Assembly: GCA_973895155.1 (NCBI GenBank)
Contig: OZ316893.1
Span: 13,842,359-13,906,358 of the forward strand
DNA: 64,000 bases
From: Marsupella aquatica
Lineage: Eukaryota > Plantae > Marchantiophyta
Reading direction: 5' to 3'
Positions 1-13,230 of the stretch are shown in pieces; position 1 is the first letter of the stretch; each line of letters begins with the position of its first letter. Below the pieces are notes generated by a model. The model was not told the DNA's origin. It did no database searches and worked only from the letters and a program-made list of their open reading frames with translations. Made by a program: the position numbers and the translations under genes.

Positions 1-264
1 TCTTAGGAACCACGTGCGATCCAAAATATGTATTTTTCATAGAAATTAGCTAAATTTTTAAAAAGCGTAGGAAGCAAAAGAAGGTATTATAGACCAATAT
101 TTATAGAATATTCTCTAATATATATCTTTTATAAAGTAAAATAGGTCATTAATATTGAAAATAGAGAATGTTTTTGGAATATTCCCATTATAAAATAGGT
201 GTGTTTATATTAGGCTAGGATCGCACGTGGTACCCCAAAATATACACTAAGTTAACCCCCCGAG
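1..264. mobile_element. MITE, left end cut off by the window edge; same family as 35412-35686
   Basis: Ends ...AGTTAACCCCCCGAG and is colinear with 35434-35686. Subterminal inverted pair ACCACGTGCGATCC (~10-22) / GGATCGCACGTGGT (~218-231). Confidence 0.8.
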
Positions 265-757
265 TTGTAGACGACTTGCTGGGGAAAAGTGTAGTACACT
301 CTGTTGTGCTGTACCAGATGCTGTGGCTTCTATGGACTGCTCGCAATGTGCACATGTTTCAACCTGGTGGCCATTGTACATTTGATTTTGGACTGCTTCT
401 CTCAGAGATGGCTGTGCACTTATATACGCTGTCAGTCGTAGGCTTCTGGTCGGCAGGAAACACTCTCGGCTAACTCAAGCCAGGGAGCGGATTGATATGA
501 ATCGCAAGAAGTGGTTCAGGTCGGATCAGAGGTGATTTGTCATGGGTGTTGCTTGAGGATTCTTTGGTTATTGCGTATTAGTGCTCATTGTTGGGTCATG
601 ATTTGGCCTTGGTAGGTTTTTGTGCCCTCGTACGCCCAATGGTGTGTCAGGGGCGGTTGGGCATTGTCCCCTGTTTGTGCTCTGCCTCTTTTTGGTGTGC
701 TGGTCTGTTTGTCCCCCCTATCCGTGGGGTTTCACGGTATTAAAATTTATTAAAAAA
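265..757 (+). mobile_element. Probable 3' fragment (3' UTR and A-rich tail) of a LINE
   Basis: Ends CCCCC..GGGGTTTCACGGTATTAAAATTTATTAAAAAA, resembling the reverse complement of the LINE 3' end near 62035-62070. No coding motif seen. Confidence 0.35.
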
Positions 758-2198
758 TCCATTCCAAGGAGAATGCTCATTGTGGAAAAATAGTCTAAGG
801 TTTATAAATGAGGCCTGGCCCTGTGTTCATAATCTCCTCCAAGAAGTGTGCTAGCTACTATGACTAGCAAAGCTACCAGACTACCAAAGAAACTTCCAAC
901 ATCTCAAAATGATGGAACGTCAACCGTCTCTCACAAAGTGTCAACCTTTCTTCCTCTCATGAGAGTAGTTGTAAGCTTTGAGTCGTTTGTCTGGACTACC
1001 ATTTTTAGTTGTTTCATTGTGCACCTTTATGGAGGCTGTTGTCTCCTTTAAGTGTCAGTGAAGCTTGCCTTTCCCAAAAAGACAAAATCAAAAAGGATCC
1101 TTTGTCTGGAATATACAGTCAACAGTTTAGCAAAGATATTGCTAAAGATATTCTGGATGTTTTTCCAGTGTTTTCTCCCCTTTCTCGGGTCTCCTGCCTT
1201 TGGGGACTGGGGTCTTTGTCCCGGGTTGGCCCTGTTTATTGGCAGTATATATATAAATATTGCTGTGAAGATGTGTAGTTAAGTACTGCACATGAACATG
1301 TCTCACAGTGGACTTGTTGCTCCGCTCATGGTAGACAGTGCCTTGTGATAGCAGAAATTTTCATAATATATGGCTGGGCAAGGTACCAGTAAGTCATATC
1401 ATTGAAATTGTGTAACAAGTATGAAACGCTTCCCCTCGGATGTGGGTGTCTCTCTCAAGCAGGGTTTCCCATCTTTCTTACAAAAAACAAGTGATCAAAC
1501 ACTTCCCCTTGGCTAGAATAATCTCAAGGTAGAGGTTTGTAGTTTTCCTTTCAAATGTTCATGACATACATTGGACATAATCTTCATGGGGATTCCCTTT
1601 AAAAAAAGAGGAAGAATGTTTTTATTCTTACATCAGTTCACGAACTCTGATCTCGTTTTGGAGGGATTAAGACACCTATGCACTTCTTTTGTCTTCTCTT
1701 TCTTGGGTGGGGAGGGGGGGATAGTTGACATCTATCCACTTTTCCCAGCTTGGGGGTTTGAAACATGAAGAAAAGTGGCCGCCTTTTCAAATCCAGTGAA
1801 ATTCCTTGGGTGTTCCCATGTTGCGAGGACCATTAAAGCAAAAAGACATTCTCATGTAGTGAAAGGAGTTTTTCCTCATTTCTCATTTGTCATATGGAAA
1901 GGAATGCCCTTTTCAAATTGGCTGGGATTCTTGTTGTCTTGTTATGCAATAAGGACGGGCTGAATGTAGTTTTTTGTTGGGGGGAGGTCGCTATTGTATT
2001 GTAAAGCTGTGGTGGTTTGAGTTGTGGGAGAGCTACAGTACTTTTTCAAAGTTCAAGTCTTTTGAAACGAGGTTCGAAATTCATTATCTTTTCGATCTAT
2101 TGGTATATTTCTTGTCCGGAAAGCATTTTAGGTTTTCTTTTGGGTTGGTATTTTCTTTTTCCACAAATTACCCAGGGGGGGCCGCTCTACAAGAGCTA

Positions 2199-2220
2199 GG
2201 GGGGGGGGGGGGGGGGGGGG
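2199..2220. repeat. G22 homopolymer
   Basis: Directly visible run, followed by CCGGTAGCCACTG (possibly a DNA-transposon end). Confidence 0.9.
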
Positions 2221-5200
2221 CCGGTAGCCACTGTTTACTCATTGCCTATACTAAAGTTAAAATGCCTGAGCCAAAATGTGTCAGTCTGAAGATAATTAAT
2301 GCACTACCCGAATAGAAATGGACGTCTTGGGCCTTGGCCCATCCTTTAGACCACCTCAGCAAAAGCAGGGACCTGGGACCCACTAGCAGGTGACTAGGAT
2401 CGGTAATAGTTTTGCCAAATTATTCCCCAAGTTCATGTAAAGTGAAATCTGGCCTGTACCCATTTTCGAATGGCTAGGATGCATCTCAGACCTGGAAAAA
2501 AAGGGACCTGCCTCCAAGTTCTTGCAAACCCCCTTAGGTATGATAGCATATTGGCAACCAGGGTGCCTCCATTGTACCCACAGGATCTCGACTTCTGGAC
2601 AGTCCGTAGTCCAGCCCATCCACAAATGCTCTACAGTAATAACAAAGTGATGAGATGCACTCCCACGTGTTTCATGCTACAATCAATCAATCAGTCATGA
2701 ATTAGCCTAAAAGTGTGATCTCCTCATATCTAACTGTTGGTTGCAGTCCAGAAGTGTTGATCTCATGAAGCATCTTTCAATATGTTATTGTTATTTCGTG
2801 AATTGACAGTGATTGTAACTTTACTTATAGAAAAATGTTCGTAAAAAAAGGAGCTGTTAATTAGAATTCAACCTACCACACATACACCATCAGGATTCTC
2901 CTCATTCACTTTATTTGGAGAAAAAACTTTATCTCACACTATTAAGATGAAATCCTTCGAATCAGCTCGTTTGCAGTAGTGTGTAATGACAAACTCATCT
3001 CTGTCCTTTCCCTCATCTAGATTGTTGTTCTCATCCCTGTCCTGCTAAACATCCACATGCTGCCCTCGACAGCATGTTGCTAGCATGTTCAAGTATTACT
3101 TGAGAATTTGTGGTTTCCTTTGCAGATGTTTTCCCCTTGAGGTGCTTGCTTGCTTCAATCCGGGCTCCCAATTCTATCATGCCCAGTGGATCCTTTGGAA
3201 TGTCATTAGAATTGGCATTGTTTGTAGATGTTTCCCACTTCCTCATCTTTTGTGTCTTAGACAGTGAGCCTTGGTTGTGTTCTCTGGGCTGACTATGGTT
3301 TAACTAACTATGATTATATAATAACTATGGACCTAAAGGTAAGTGTCTAACAAAGACCTCTTCAGATATACTCAACAAAAATGCAACTCAACATCCTCCA
3401 AGTAATGCACCATGTAGTCGGCAACCGTTCTTGCCTAAGAGTAGCTTTCATGGGGTTTGTCTTGAGCAAGTAAGTGACTTATCCTACCCTTGCATTATTG
3501 ATGACATGGAAAATGATGCTCTCATCAATCGAGCCCATGAAGCATGCAACCCCCATGGACTGTGACACCTTTACACTTTCAATCATTGACTCGCTTCTGG
3601 TTTCCAAAAAGTATTAAATATCTCCCTTGATGTCCAACTGAATATTCTTTGCTTGGGCTCATCATAAGTAGTTTGGAAATATCTTTCAAACCAGTCTATG
3701 TTTCTAGCTTTCATGAAGAGTGGAGAGAGTTCTAAATGTCTAAATATTATTTAATCATTTGCTTTCCACACATGGCGGTTCTGAAAGTGCCGGGGGGCGC
3801 TCAAAGGGGGGGGGGAAGTTGTTGCAATGTTTTGCAAAATAAACTTGAAAAACACATACTTTTTATAGAAAAGGGCCAAATAGAGTACAAAAGAATAAAC
3901 AAGAGAGGAATAAACACCCTAACAAACAAGAATTTTTTTTCCAAATTTTGGTTTTGAAACCCTGTTGTTCTTCCAAAATTTACAAATCTTCCACCAAATC
4001 AACCCAAAAGGCTACATTTATATGCTTGTGATGGGTAGGAAAGAAAATGTGAGAATCTGGGACCAAAAGTTTTTGAAGGGCTAACTTTGGCATTCAATGT
4101 CTCCCTCCGTATCCAATGGACTCATAACTTTTGGGTTTGTTAGAAAGTGCTTAAAAATATATTTCCAATCAGCCTCATATAGTCAATTCATTGAGATTTG
4201 AGAAACCTGAAAATTTCCAAAGATGATGGACTTGTTTAGGTTTACTATTTAGAAATTTGGATTTTGACTTTTCCTAATTTTTGGTACCAACCTGAGTGCA
4301 CTAGGTGTGTAAATTACTTCAAGGGGTAGGTTTGTAGTGTTGTTTCTAGCATGTTTACATTTCAGGTTACTCCTTAGGATGCCGTCTGGATGTTATGCGC
4401 TGGGGTTGTCTTTTGGCTTAGACCCGCCTGGGGTGTTTTTTGGGGGAAGGGGCGAGCGGGAAATCCACCAGGCCAAGGTGCACAACTGGGTTTTATTAAT
4501 AATAAACATAAGAATAAGAAAAAGGAACCCAAGCCCGAGCAAAACGACCTCGCCACCTGATTGGCCCCTCCGGCAGGGAAGCCCTGCCCTTTTTATCTGC
4601 CTTGGGGGCTGTCGCTTCCAATATTGGGATTTTGCTGTTCCTGCAGGGAAAAGCTCCATGCCAGACAAAAGAAAAACAATAGATTATCACGCCAATGCCA
4701 GCCTCGTGCCTCGGTAGCTGTTGGTAGCGACATATAATTGCTTTTATTTTTCCACTTGGCTACGCTTATAAAAATGGGACATAAACTGAACGATACCCGT
4801 TTTCTCGCTTTATCGATATCATGCCCCAGCCTCCAATTAAACACCCCCCCTCCCAGGAAAATGATTATTTCTCCCTAAATCATTAGGCGCGGACCTGGCC
4901 TCACCTTTACCGCGCAAAAGCGAACGGGCGTTCGGGCAGGCACCGATCCCGACTCGTCCAACGAATCCGACCGCTGACAAAATACGGTGCTGGAGCAGCA
5001 CAGGCTGGGGCCGGTACGTATACTGGTACGTACAAATGGGACTGGACGTACCCGCCGTTGCCAGACGGGCAGCGCGCGGCTGCAATGTCGTAGGTGACCG
5101 TACGTACGCCCTCAATACTCTTCACTGCCCTTCTGCCTTGCCTGTCTGCCCTGCCCGAGAAGCAGACATGCGGCCATCCCGCCATCCGATCCCATCCGAT

Positions 5201-6510
5201 CCCATCCGAGCCTTCCTCCATCCACCAGGCTGGACGTACAAGGTCGTCGAGAACCTTTTGGACGTTTTCCATCCCCCTCCCGCCCATCTCCATCCATGAG
5301 GGCAGGCAGGCAGGCAGGGAGGCGGGCGTACAGTAGTGATCTACTCTCCTGTAGTTACCTTAGCAAGTACGACCGGACAGCCAGCCCAGTAGGTGCACCC
5401 TACTATTAATGTCACCGTGCAATAATAATAATACATGCCCTAACCATGGTTACAGACTTACAGAGCCGCAAGAAGGATGGTACTCCCCATCTCGATCCCT
5501 AGTGTAGTTCGTTAGAAACGGATATTTTCCCTTCTCTGTTTGTAGAACTTGGTGATCATTTGGAGGAGCGGTTTTTTAGTGGCGAAATTTTTCTTCCTCT
5601 TTAAAAAGTCTTCACTTTTGGCAAATATTCTCTCTATCATTAGCCAGTTTCCCACCTAGCCGAGACCACTTTGAGTCTAACAGTCAGCCATGTATCAACT
5701 AAGGCCAAAAGGTGGTGATACCATGTCTAGAAGAACAATGGGAGACCAGACAAAGGGATACAGGTTGACGGCTCCTGGATAGCTCATTTATTGTAACCCT
5801 TTGAGTCTCACTCTTAGATGCTGCCTGGCTGCCCAATTTCATTTAGGTGATAAGAGAGTGAACTCAGAAATTTCCAATTGTTAAGTCTTTTGTGTGCAAA
5901 AGGCTTTAGTGAAACCCCCTAGGGGATGGGGTTTTGTGAAAAAGTGAGTCGACTTGTGAAGCTTGAAATCGGAACCTCACTTGCCATAATGATAACTACT
6001 AATGCTCCGGTAGGCTTGTTGGGACAACTATTGTTGAGAAAACTGCACACTTAAGTGGATCCTACACCATAGGTAGCATTTGGAAATGTGACGACACCCA
6101 CCTATGCAATGGGCAACATTGAATGTTGGGACCCAATGCGCAACAACAATTGAGTTTTCAGGAACGCTAGTCCAGAAAAAAGGAGATGAGATCCAGGCAA
6201 AGAATGAATAATCCAAGAACGTTTGCATTCTCTAGGGTATGAATCTAGGGTCAAGAACAGTTGAACATGATTGCTACATTTGAATTCTTGTCCTTTGCTC
6301 TTTCTCCTGAGGGGAATGATTCTGTGTATAGAATCTCCTTGATCTCCTCTCTTTGGAATGTCAAATATTCATATTCCAATTCTTAAATGAATATAGGGTA
6401 AAGAATGTATATATGAACACTTGAATACAGGAACCCAAGTGCAAGAAAAGGTTCTCGGTGGGAACCTAGCACATCGCAAGGTTCATACCAGTTTTTTGGG
6501 CAGCTTAGAG

Positions 6511-6918
6511 TGTTGAGCAAACAATTGCTACTAGATCAAAGATAGCATGCACATGTGCAACAGCCAACAAACACACAACTAGTCAATACAAGAAAGACTT
6601 GGTTCACCTCTCCAAAGGCTACGCCATATGAACACATGACATAGATTTACTAAATTTAAACCGTTGGACATATCAAGTCTCCATAAACTAAGCTCTGCCT
6701 ATCTCTTGGATGGCTCCGTGACAACAAGCCTATGGTCCACTCATTAGCTAACTGCTGCTAGTGGCACATCTAACCTTAACCAAGTACCCAACCAGATAGT
6801 TAGATTAACATATAGGTTATACTCTTGGGTCTAGACTTGGTTAAGGTCAGTCTATGTGCCATTACTATATTCACTAGCAGTTACATAGTAAGTCTAGACC
6901 CAACAGTAATTCCTAACA
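6511..6918. mobile_element. Solo LTR (408 bp), related to the Copia LTRs at 41612/46829
   Basis: TGTTGAG...CCTAACA ends with a perfect 5-bp TSD TAGAG (6506-6510 / 6919-6923). Shares blocks (GGTTCACCTC, AGGCTACG, AAGTCTCCA, AAGCTCT, TGGCTCCGT) with the Copia C2 LTRs. Confidence 0.88.
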
Positions 6919-8499
6919 TAGAGTAGTCCTCCAAACCCAATCATAGTAGTCCACCTCTCTCCAGACAGACTGTAAAGTATGCCATTGTTTGTTGTTGTTG
7001 TTCAAGTGACAATAATTCAAACCTTATCCCCACTAATCCTTGGCACCCCAAAAGAAAACACAGCTGCAACATGTTACCATATGGGCTCTGTACTTTAGGG
7101 TTGGTGTGGGTGTTGCTTTGACTCATAGTGAAATTATTTCTAACTCACATCCAACTTGAACGTGGGCTTCACTGACTCTTGAAGCCCTGAAATTGAACTA
7201 CTTGAAGCAATTTTTGACTGGCAATGGACCACACCAAAGCAAAGCCTCCATCATCTGGTAGGCAGCGAGTTTCAAGCTTGTAGCCTCCCACACGGGAATG
7301 ACCAAGTTCCCCACTGACATAAGCTCTGAACTTGTTTGTACTGTTGGGCAGACAAAAAGTAAATTTCTAGGGTACTAAACATATCGGAAACAGAACCTTC
7401 CTACTAGCTGGGTTCTTGTCAAGGGTTTCAATGACCAAGATTATCTTTAAAGTATCCTTATAGAGGGCAACTTACTCTTGAAGTTCATGCAAATTATGCA
7501 CGTTGCATTTTTTGCATCAAATACATAAAAAAATTGTTTTGATAGAACAGAATGAGGATGTGTGTGTTTTACACTCATTTTGTGATAAAACTAAATTAAC
7601 TTTTGTTAGCAGGGTAAGCTTTTGTCTTGTTTGTGGTTTGAAGAAAATTTAAATATTCTGTTTATGACACATCTACTTCTATAATAAAGAATCTCCAAAC
7701 ACTATCCATGGTCTATTGACAAACCTAGAAGGAGAGAACAAAATCCAGCCCTAAAATGTGTTCCAGGGTTTTTTTTACACTGTTGGATTAAATCCAATGG
7801 GATATCAAAGAGGGTCTACTATCTTTAGAAGGGAGCTATACGTACATTGTGCTGTTCACTAGGTACCTACTTGGTAGTGTCATCAGTATAATAATATGTA
7901 AGTACTTAAAGATAGAAAGGTACACCTTTACTTGCCAGTACAAGGAAGCTAAGGCATGGCAGTTACCATCTTGAGAAGTTGGTCCAAAGTCAGATCCCAT
8001 TGCTTAGAGATGAACACCAAGTCAGCCTGATTCATAGAAACCCTAAACCCTACACAGCCGCAACAGAAGTTCAATGCTCACATTATGGCCTGTTAAGCTG
8101 GAGAGTAGTTCGGGTAACGCGAGTAGATTCAGGCGCCACAGCACACCAAGATATGAGCTCCGTGTTAAGTTTGGACTCGATTGGATAGTCCTGGTGGCAC
8201 CTGGGCCCAAAATCCTTTGTGTGCACATTGGCACCATAGTCGCATCCTCTATGACTTTACAGGCTCCTAAGTAAAGTCTAGGAAATGTGTGGACTACTTG
8301 GACCTAGCACTAAGTTGGGCATATTAACTTTTGATCTCAAACTCTGTTTGACGGCCGTGAGACCTTGGTGCAATCAATATTTTGACATCTACATGCATGT
8401 AAGAATGCAGGCCTATTTGACCTTACTAAGCCTTCAGTATGGGTGGGAAATTCATAATGGACTGAGGTTGGTTCCTAGATGACAGGTCCTAGAAGAGGT

Positions 8500-8784
8500 T
8501 GACAGGAAACAATAAACAATAATAGGAGACGATTACTAGTAACAGGAAAAATGGTGATAATTGTTTTTGGTGTTAGTTGACATTTTCTTGCTAGCGCCCG
8601 ACACTGATAATAGGAGCGCCTGAAGCTAGCAAAAAAATGTTGTGTATTTTAAGAATTTTGGAAAATGAAACTTTTCATGAGACATTTTCATATCATTTTT
8701 TTTCCTGGTAATAGTAACATTTTGATGGTAACTGAAAAAAATTGTTGGTAATTATAGGAAACCTGTTTTTGTTGTTTCCTGTCA
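8500..8784. mobile_element. MITE-like inverted-repeat element
   Basis: 13-bp perfect inverted repeat TGACAGGAAACAA (8500-8512) / TTGTTTCCTGTCA (8772-8784), plus an internal IR around 8580-8640. TSD not resolved. Confidence 0.45.
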
Positions 8785-8798
8785 CGGTTGCAATACCC

Positions 8799-9290
8799 GA
8801 CAAATCTATCAATGTTAGGTTCATTGGAAAGCTAAAGAAACTGAAAAACTCATCATCCCCTTAGTACTTGACAAATTCTTTCAATGTTCAGTCATTAGAA
8901 AGCTAGAGAAATTTGGAAACTTATTATCTCTCTAGTACTTGATGAATACGCCCAATAGCACACATTAGAAAGCTAGAGAGATTATTGAACTCATGATCTC
9001 TTTAGTACTTGACAAAATCTAACATGAAATTTGTTAATGTCGGACTCAATGTTGGAAAGCTCGAAGAATTCATGAACTCGTGATCGTTGTAGAACTTGAC
9101 AAAGTTTCTTAGTGTCACACTCATTGGAAAGGCAGAGAATTCAACTCATTTGACAAAATTTGCTAATCTGAGGCTCATGAGAAACCTAGAAAAATTGCTA
9201 CTCATGATTTGGTTTGTACTTGACAAAATGTACCAATGTGATGTTCATTCAAAACCAACAGAAATTAAGAAAATCATGATCTTGTGTCTC
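8799..9290. repeat. Degenerate tandem repeat, about 7 units of ~55-85 bp (mode ~70 bp)
   Basis: Recurring TACTTGACAAA ... TCATTRGAAAGCTAGAGAA ... AACTCATGATC. Confidence 0.75.
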
Positions 9291-9533
9291 ACTCATCTCT
9301 CAATGAACCTTTTGTGCTAAACACTTACTTAGAGGCATCCTAGAAAATCATAACATTGAGAATGAATCTAAAATTGACAAATTTTTTCATTATAGTGGTG
9401 GACCTTGCCACCCAGCGCCCTCACCGATCCCAACACCCACACCCACACCCACACCTAAGTGTTCTTGGTGCCCAAACACCTCCACAAAACTTGTTGAGAA
9501 AGTAACTTGGTAACTTTTGCACCTCCAGCAGCC

Positions 9534-9892
9534 TGTCATGCCGAGGGATAGTACCTCTTATGCACATCGGCATGTCCCTCACATGCCCGCTAGGTATGTA
9601 GTTAGGGCTAGTGTACTACTTGAGTTAGCGACATGTTCTTATAGCAAATGCCAGGCGTTCTTGAAGCAAACGCGCTTGCTAGTGTGACGCCAGGACTTTG
9701 TTTACTTAGGGCATGTCTTTCTTTGTGGGTTTTTTTCAGTTCTTCTTGAATCGCCATTGACAAAGCTCAGACAGTGCTCGTCGGTTCCGTACACGGGATT
9801 CACACAGTGATTCGTTAGATGCTCCCAGCCGATCTTGGCATCCTGCCGGTTTTCGATTCGATTTCAGTACAATTGTTTCTCTTACGCCTTTT
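9534..9892 (+). repeat. Terminal repeat segment A (359 bp) of element A
   Basis: Homologous to 27921-28090 + 32843-32985 and to 37329-37684. Homology with 37329-37684 stops at ...TTACGCCTTTT. Confidence 0.9.
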
Positions 9893-9906
9893 ATTCAAGA
9901 AGAACT
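9893..9906 (+). promoter_or_regulatory. Putative self-priming primer-binding site
   Basis: ATTCAAGAAGAACT lies directly after segment A and is the exact reverse complement of 9738-9751 (AGTTCTTCTTGAAT). No TGG-type tRNA PBS at this position. Confidence 0.7.
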
Positions 9907-11546
9907 CTGATGAGGGGAAGAAGATCGGAGACGCTGTGCTTCTCAATTGCTCGAGACAATTGATATTTTTCCGTTGATGCCGGTGCAATTTCTATGGAAA
10001 AACGTTGAGCGATGGGGTGGAAGTTATGGCTTGTGTGTATACACTTAAGTATATACACTTAAGTCAAACAGGCCCCCCTCCCTCTTTTCCTTCGCGCTTT
10101 GCTTTCAGGGTTTTTCATTTTCTGGCCGCTGCCAACTGCTGCTTCAACGCCTGCCACGACCTTTTTCGGGCCATTTTTCGGTGTTCCCCGGACAATTTCC
10201 GTCGTGAGCTGTTCCCCGGCCGCGACCCCTTTTTCTTTACTCGGCAGCTGCCGTCGCGAGCTGCTTCCGGTCCGGCAGCTACTCTGCCTGTGTATACACA
10301 CATTCGGGGCCCATCAATGCCCCTGGGCCGTGCATAGGGCCGCGCGCGCTCCTTTCGCTCCGCCTTACGCACATAGGGCATCGTGCCCTGGTCTTAATAG
10401 GAGCTGTTGGCAGGAGGAGGAGCCGAGTACAAGGCAGCGCGAGGAGAGGAGGGGGCACGAGGCCCTATGCTGAATTAAAGAGGGAGGGGGAATTCAATTA
10501 GACTCCCTTCTCTTGGGAGTAGGTTCATCCGTGGCCAGGCAAGAGCGCAAGGAGAGGGCACGAAGCCCTATGAAGCATTAAAGGGGGGAGGGGAGGGGAG
10601 GGGAGGGGAGTATATACGACTCCTTCCCTCAGGAGTCCTTCTGCCAGGCACAGAGGCCCATGAAGCATTAAAGCAAGAGAGGAAGGGAAGTGAGTGTGCC
10701 AGAAGATCATTAAGAGGGCGGAGGGAATTTCCTTTTGGGAGCTCATAAGGAGGGGGAGGGGGCGCGAAGCCCTATGCAGGGCTCGAGCCCATTAAGAGGG
10801 GCCCATTTCTGCTCTTTCGCCTCTTCCTTTGCCACCCGACTGTCAGTGCCCGATTCTCCCTTTTTTGGCCATTTTCCACCTCTCGACATTTTCTTTCTCC
10901 GTGCCACCCGGCCTTGGTGTATACACATATGGGAGTGCATAGGGCCGTGTGCCGTCCCTACGACTCCCTTCGGCATTTTTCCGGTAGTGACCTCCATCGG
11001 GCCGCGACCTGCTTACGGCCAAGTTTTCCCCCCGGCCGCAACGACAACTCCAACAAAGGAGCTGCACGGATATTGGGCACCAGCCGGTGCATCTTATGTG
11101 TATACACATAAGGGAGGGACCCTTTCCACCGTTTTTGTTGTTTTTATTCCTTTTTTTAATTTTGACCCTTATAGGCAAGGCCAGTATACACATGGGGGCT
11201 AATTTCATTATGTTTAGCCCGGCCTCCTTGCCTCACCCCGTTTGCTTCATTGTGGGTTACATTTCCTAGCCTTGGGGTTGCCACACCTTTTTCTTGTCAG
11301 TTTCTTTCCCGTTGGCACCCCGGGTGAGCATGCAGCATGTCAGCAGAGGAACCAAGTCATAGCAGCACATCGCCACCGACACCTAGGTACCATTTACGGA
11401 GTGATCCACGACCATTGGTGCCAATTTCATTGGAGTCTCGGCAATTTCGATGACATCAACAGACAACAGCAGCACCCACACCACGCAACCCTTCTGCTAC
11501 ATTTGGCGGTCGCTTCACCACTACCCCAAAGCCTGTTATTGCTTCT

Positions 11547-13139
11547 TTGCCCTTTACTCCTTCTACATCAGTGGTTGTTCCAGCTTCTCCGACATACAGC
11601 ATGGACACCAGCCACTCATCTGGCCGCATTGAACGCTTCAGTGGGCGGTCAGGCACTGTTTCTTTGCGTGAGTTCAAATCCACTTTCTACACTGTCGTTT
11701 ACGAATTGGAGTTGAAGTACGGCAACAATTTCACAAATGCTTTTGCATTTAAGCAGCTAGCCAGGTATGTGCACCATGAGGCTTTGGATGTGTATGAGCA
11801 GCACTCTCAACGGCTGCTTGTTGTCACACAATTGCCTAACCCTGCCTATGCCAGTGCAATTGCGGCAGCATCACAATTGGCCTTACAGAATGCCATTGCA
11901 GCCCATGCTGCTGCTCCTGCCACTTCCCCTCCTACTCCAGTTCCTACCACTACGCCAGTTACTCCCACTATCTTGGCACACGCTACATCAGGCATTTCTC
12001 CCACCATTGATTCCCCTGCCTTTGCTAATCCAGTGGCTGAGTTTTTCCAGGTTCTTGAATTGGAATTCCCCATCAAGAGTGCTGACAAAATCATGCAGTT
12101 GGCCACCTTTGTGAGGCAGCGCGATGAAACCTTGAAGATGATGTATCGTCGGCTTCTCAAGCTGAAGGAGGACACCCAGAGCATCACTGACCTGGAAGTT
12201 TCTCATCGCTATCTTCGCGCATTGGAGGGCACACCAGCTCTCCATTCGCAAGTGTTGCAGCAAGTATTCTCAGAGTTTGGAGATAGCTACACCCTGCTCA
12301 ATGTCTATGACACTGCTGAGAAACTTGAGTTGGCCCATGCACATTATGAGGCCAGTATTGCGCGTCCACCGCGATCCAGGTACCAGGCTGCTGCTCCTAC
12401 AATGGCCACCCCTTCCCGTGTGCCACAGTATGCTTCCAAGACCAAACCAGCACATGCTGCTTTCATGCTGCCATCTTGCAACTACTGTGACAATCCTAAT
12501 CACAAGGCTAATGAATGTGATATTGTTGCTGAGGACCTGCCTTGTGATTTTTGCGGGCAAGTGGGCCACTTGGAGGCAGTTTGTTTTGCCAAATTCCCAG
12601 AGAGGAAGCAGCTACGACAACAGGCCACTCATCCTGCTCCTATTTCCACTCCCCCACCAGCTAGGAGGGCTCCTACTGCATCAATTGCTCCTCCTTCCAG
12701 TGGCAAAGCAACCAGTGCCAACAAATTGCCCAAGCAGCAACAGAAGCCACCAGCTCAGAAGGAGGCTCACAACGCACAGGCAACTCAACTCCAGTCTCTG
12801 ACTCATGAGGTTGAGTCCCTACGTGCCCAACTTGCCAACATCAAAGGCACGTCAACTGCCTCTGCTAGTCCTTCTCAACCGGTTGGTCACGTGCAACCCA
12901 TCCCTGGCCCAAGCACCACTGACAGTTCAGCACCTCTACCCCGCTCTTTCTATGGCTTGCCATTTGATGCTCATATGGGTGAGTGTGTGCTGTCCTCTGC
13001 TCCACAGCCTGGCCTTACAGCAAAATTTTCAGATTCATTTTGCCCTTCCTATTTTTCTTACCAGCAAGCCAGTGCGCCTCTCGTATTGCTCCCACACACC
13101 GCATTGTACAGGCTGATGGTCTTGCTGCCGGTCCTATGA
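11547..13139 (+). pseudogene. gag: Gag of element A (capsid-like region and two CCHC zinc knuckles); 3' end frameshifted
   Basis: IERFSG...LREFKSTF, QRDETLKMMYRRL, then CNYCDNPNHKANEC and CDFCGQVGHLEAVC. Likely start MDTSHSS at 11601. Confidence 0.85.
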
Positions 13140-13230
13140 CTAGAGCCAGGGGAGCTCGGGCTGTCTTGCCCCAATCTTTTCAGCCACTCACACTTGCTGA
13201 AGAGCGCACCTTGTTGGCGAGGGGGAGGGA

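Noticed and set aside
4837-5336. Cluster of overlapping short ORFs in a GC-rich patch
   Set aside because: No recognisable domain. Explained by GC content and simple repeats (CCATCCGATC, GGCA). Possibly a promoter or UTR, but unsupported.
8799-9290. CRISPR array
   Set aside because: The whole unit is degenerately repeated with no unique spacers, there are no cas genes, and the context is eukaryotic.
10005-11269. Many 60-155-aa ORFs in the leader of element A
   Set aside because: They are by-products of GC-rich repeats on both strands, with no coherent protein motifs.
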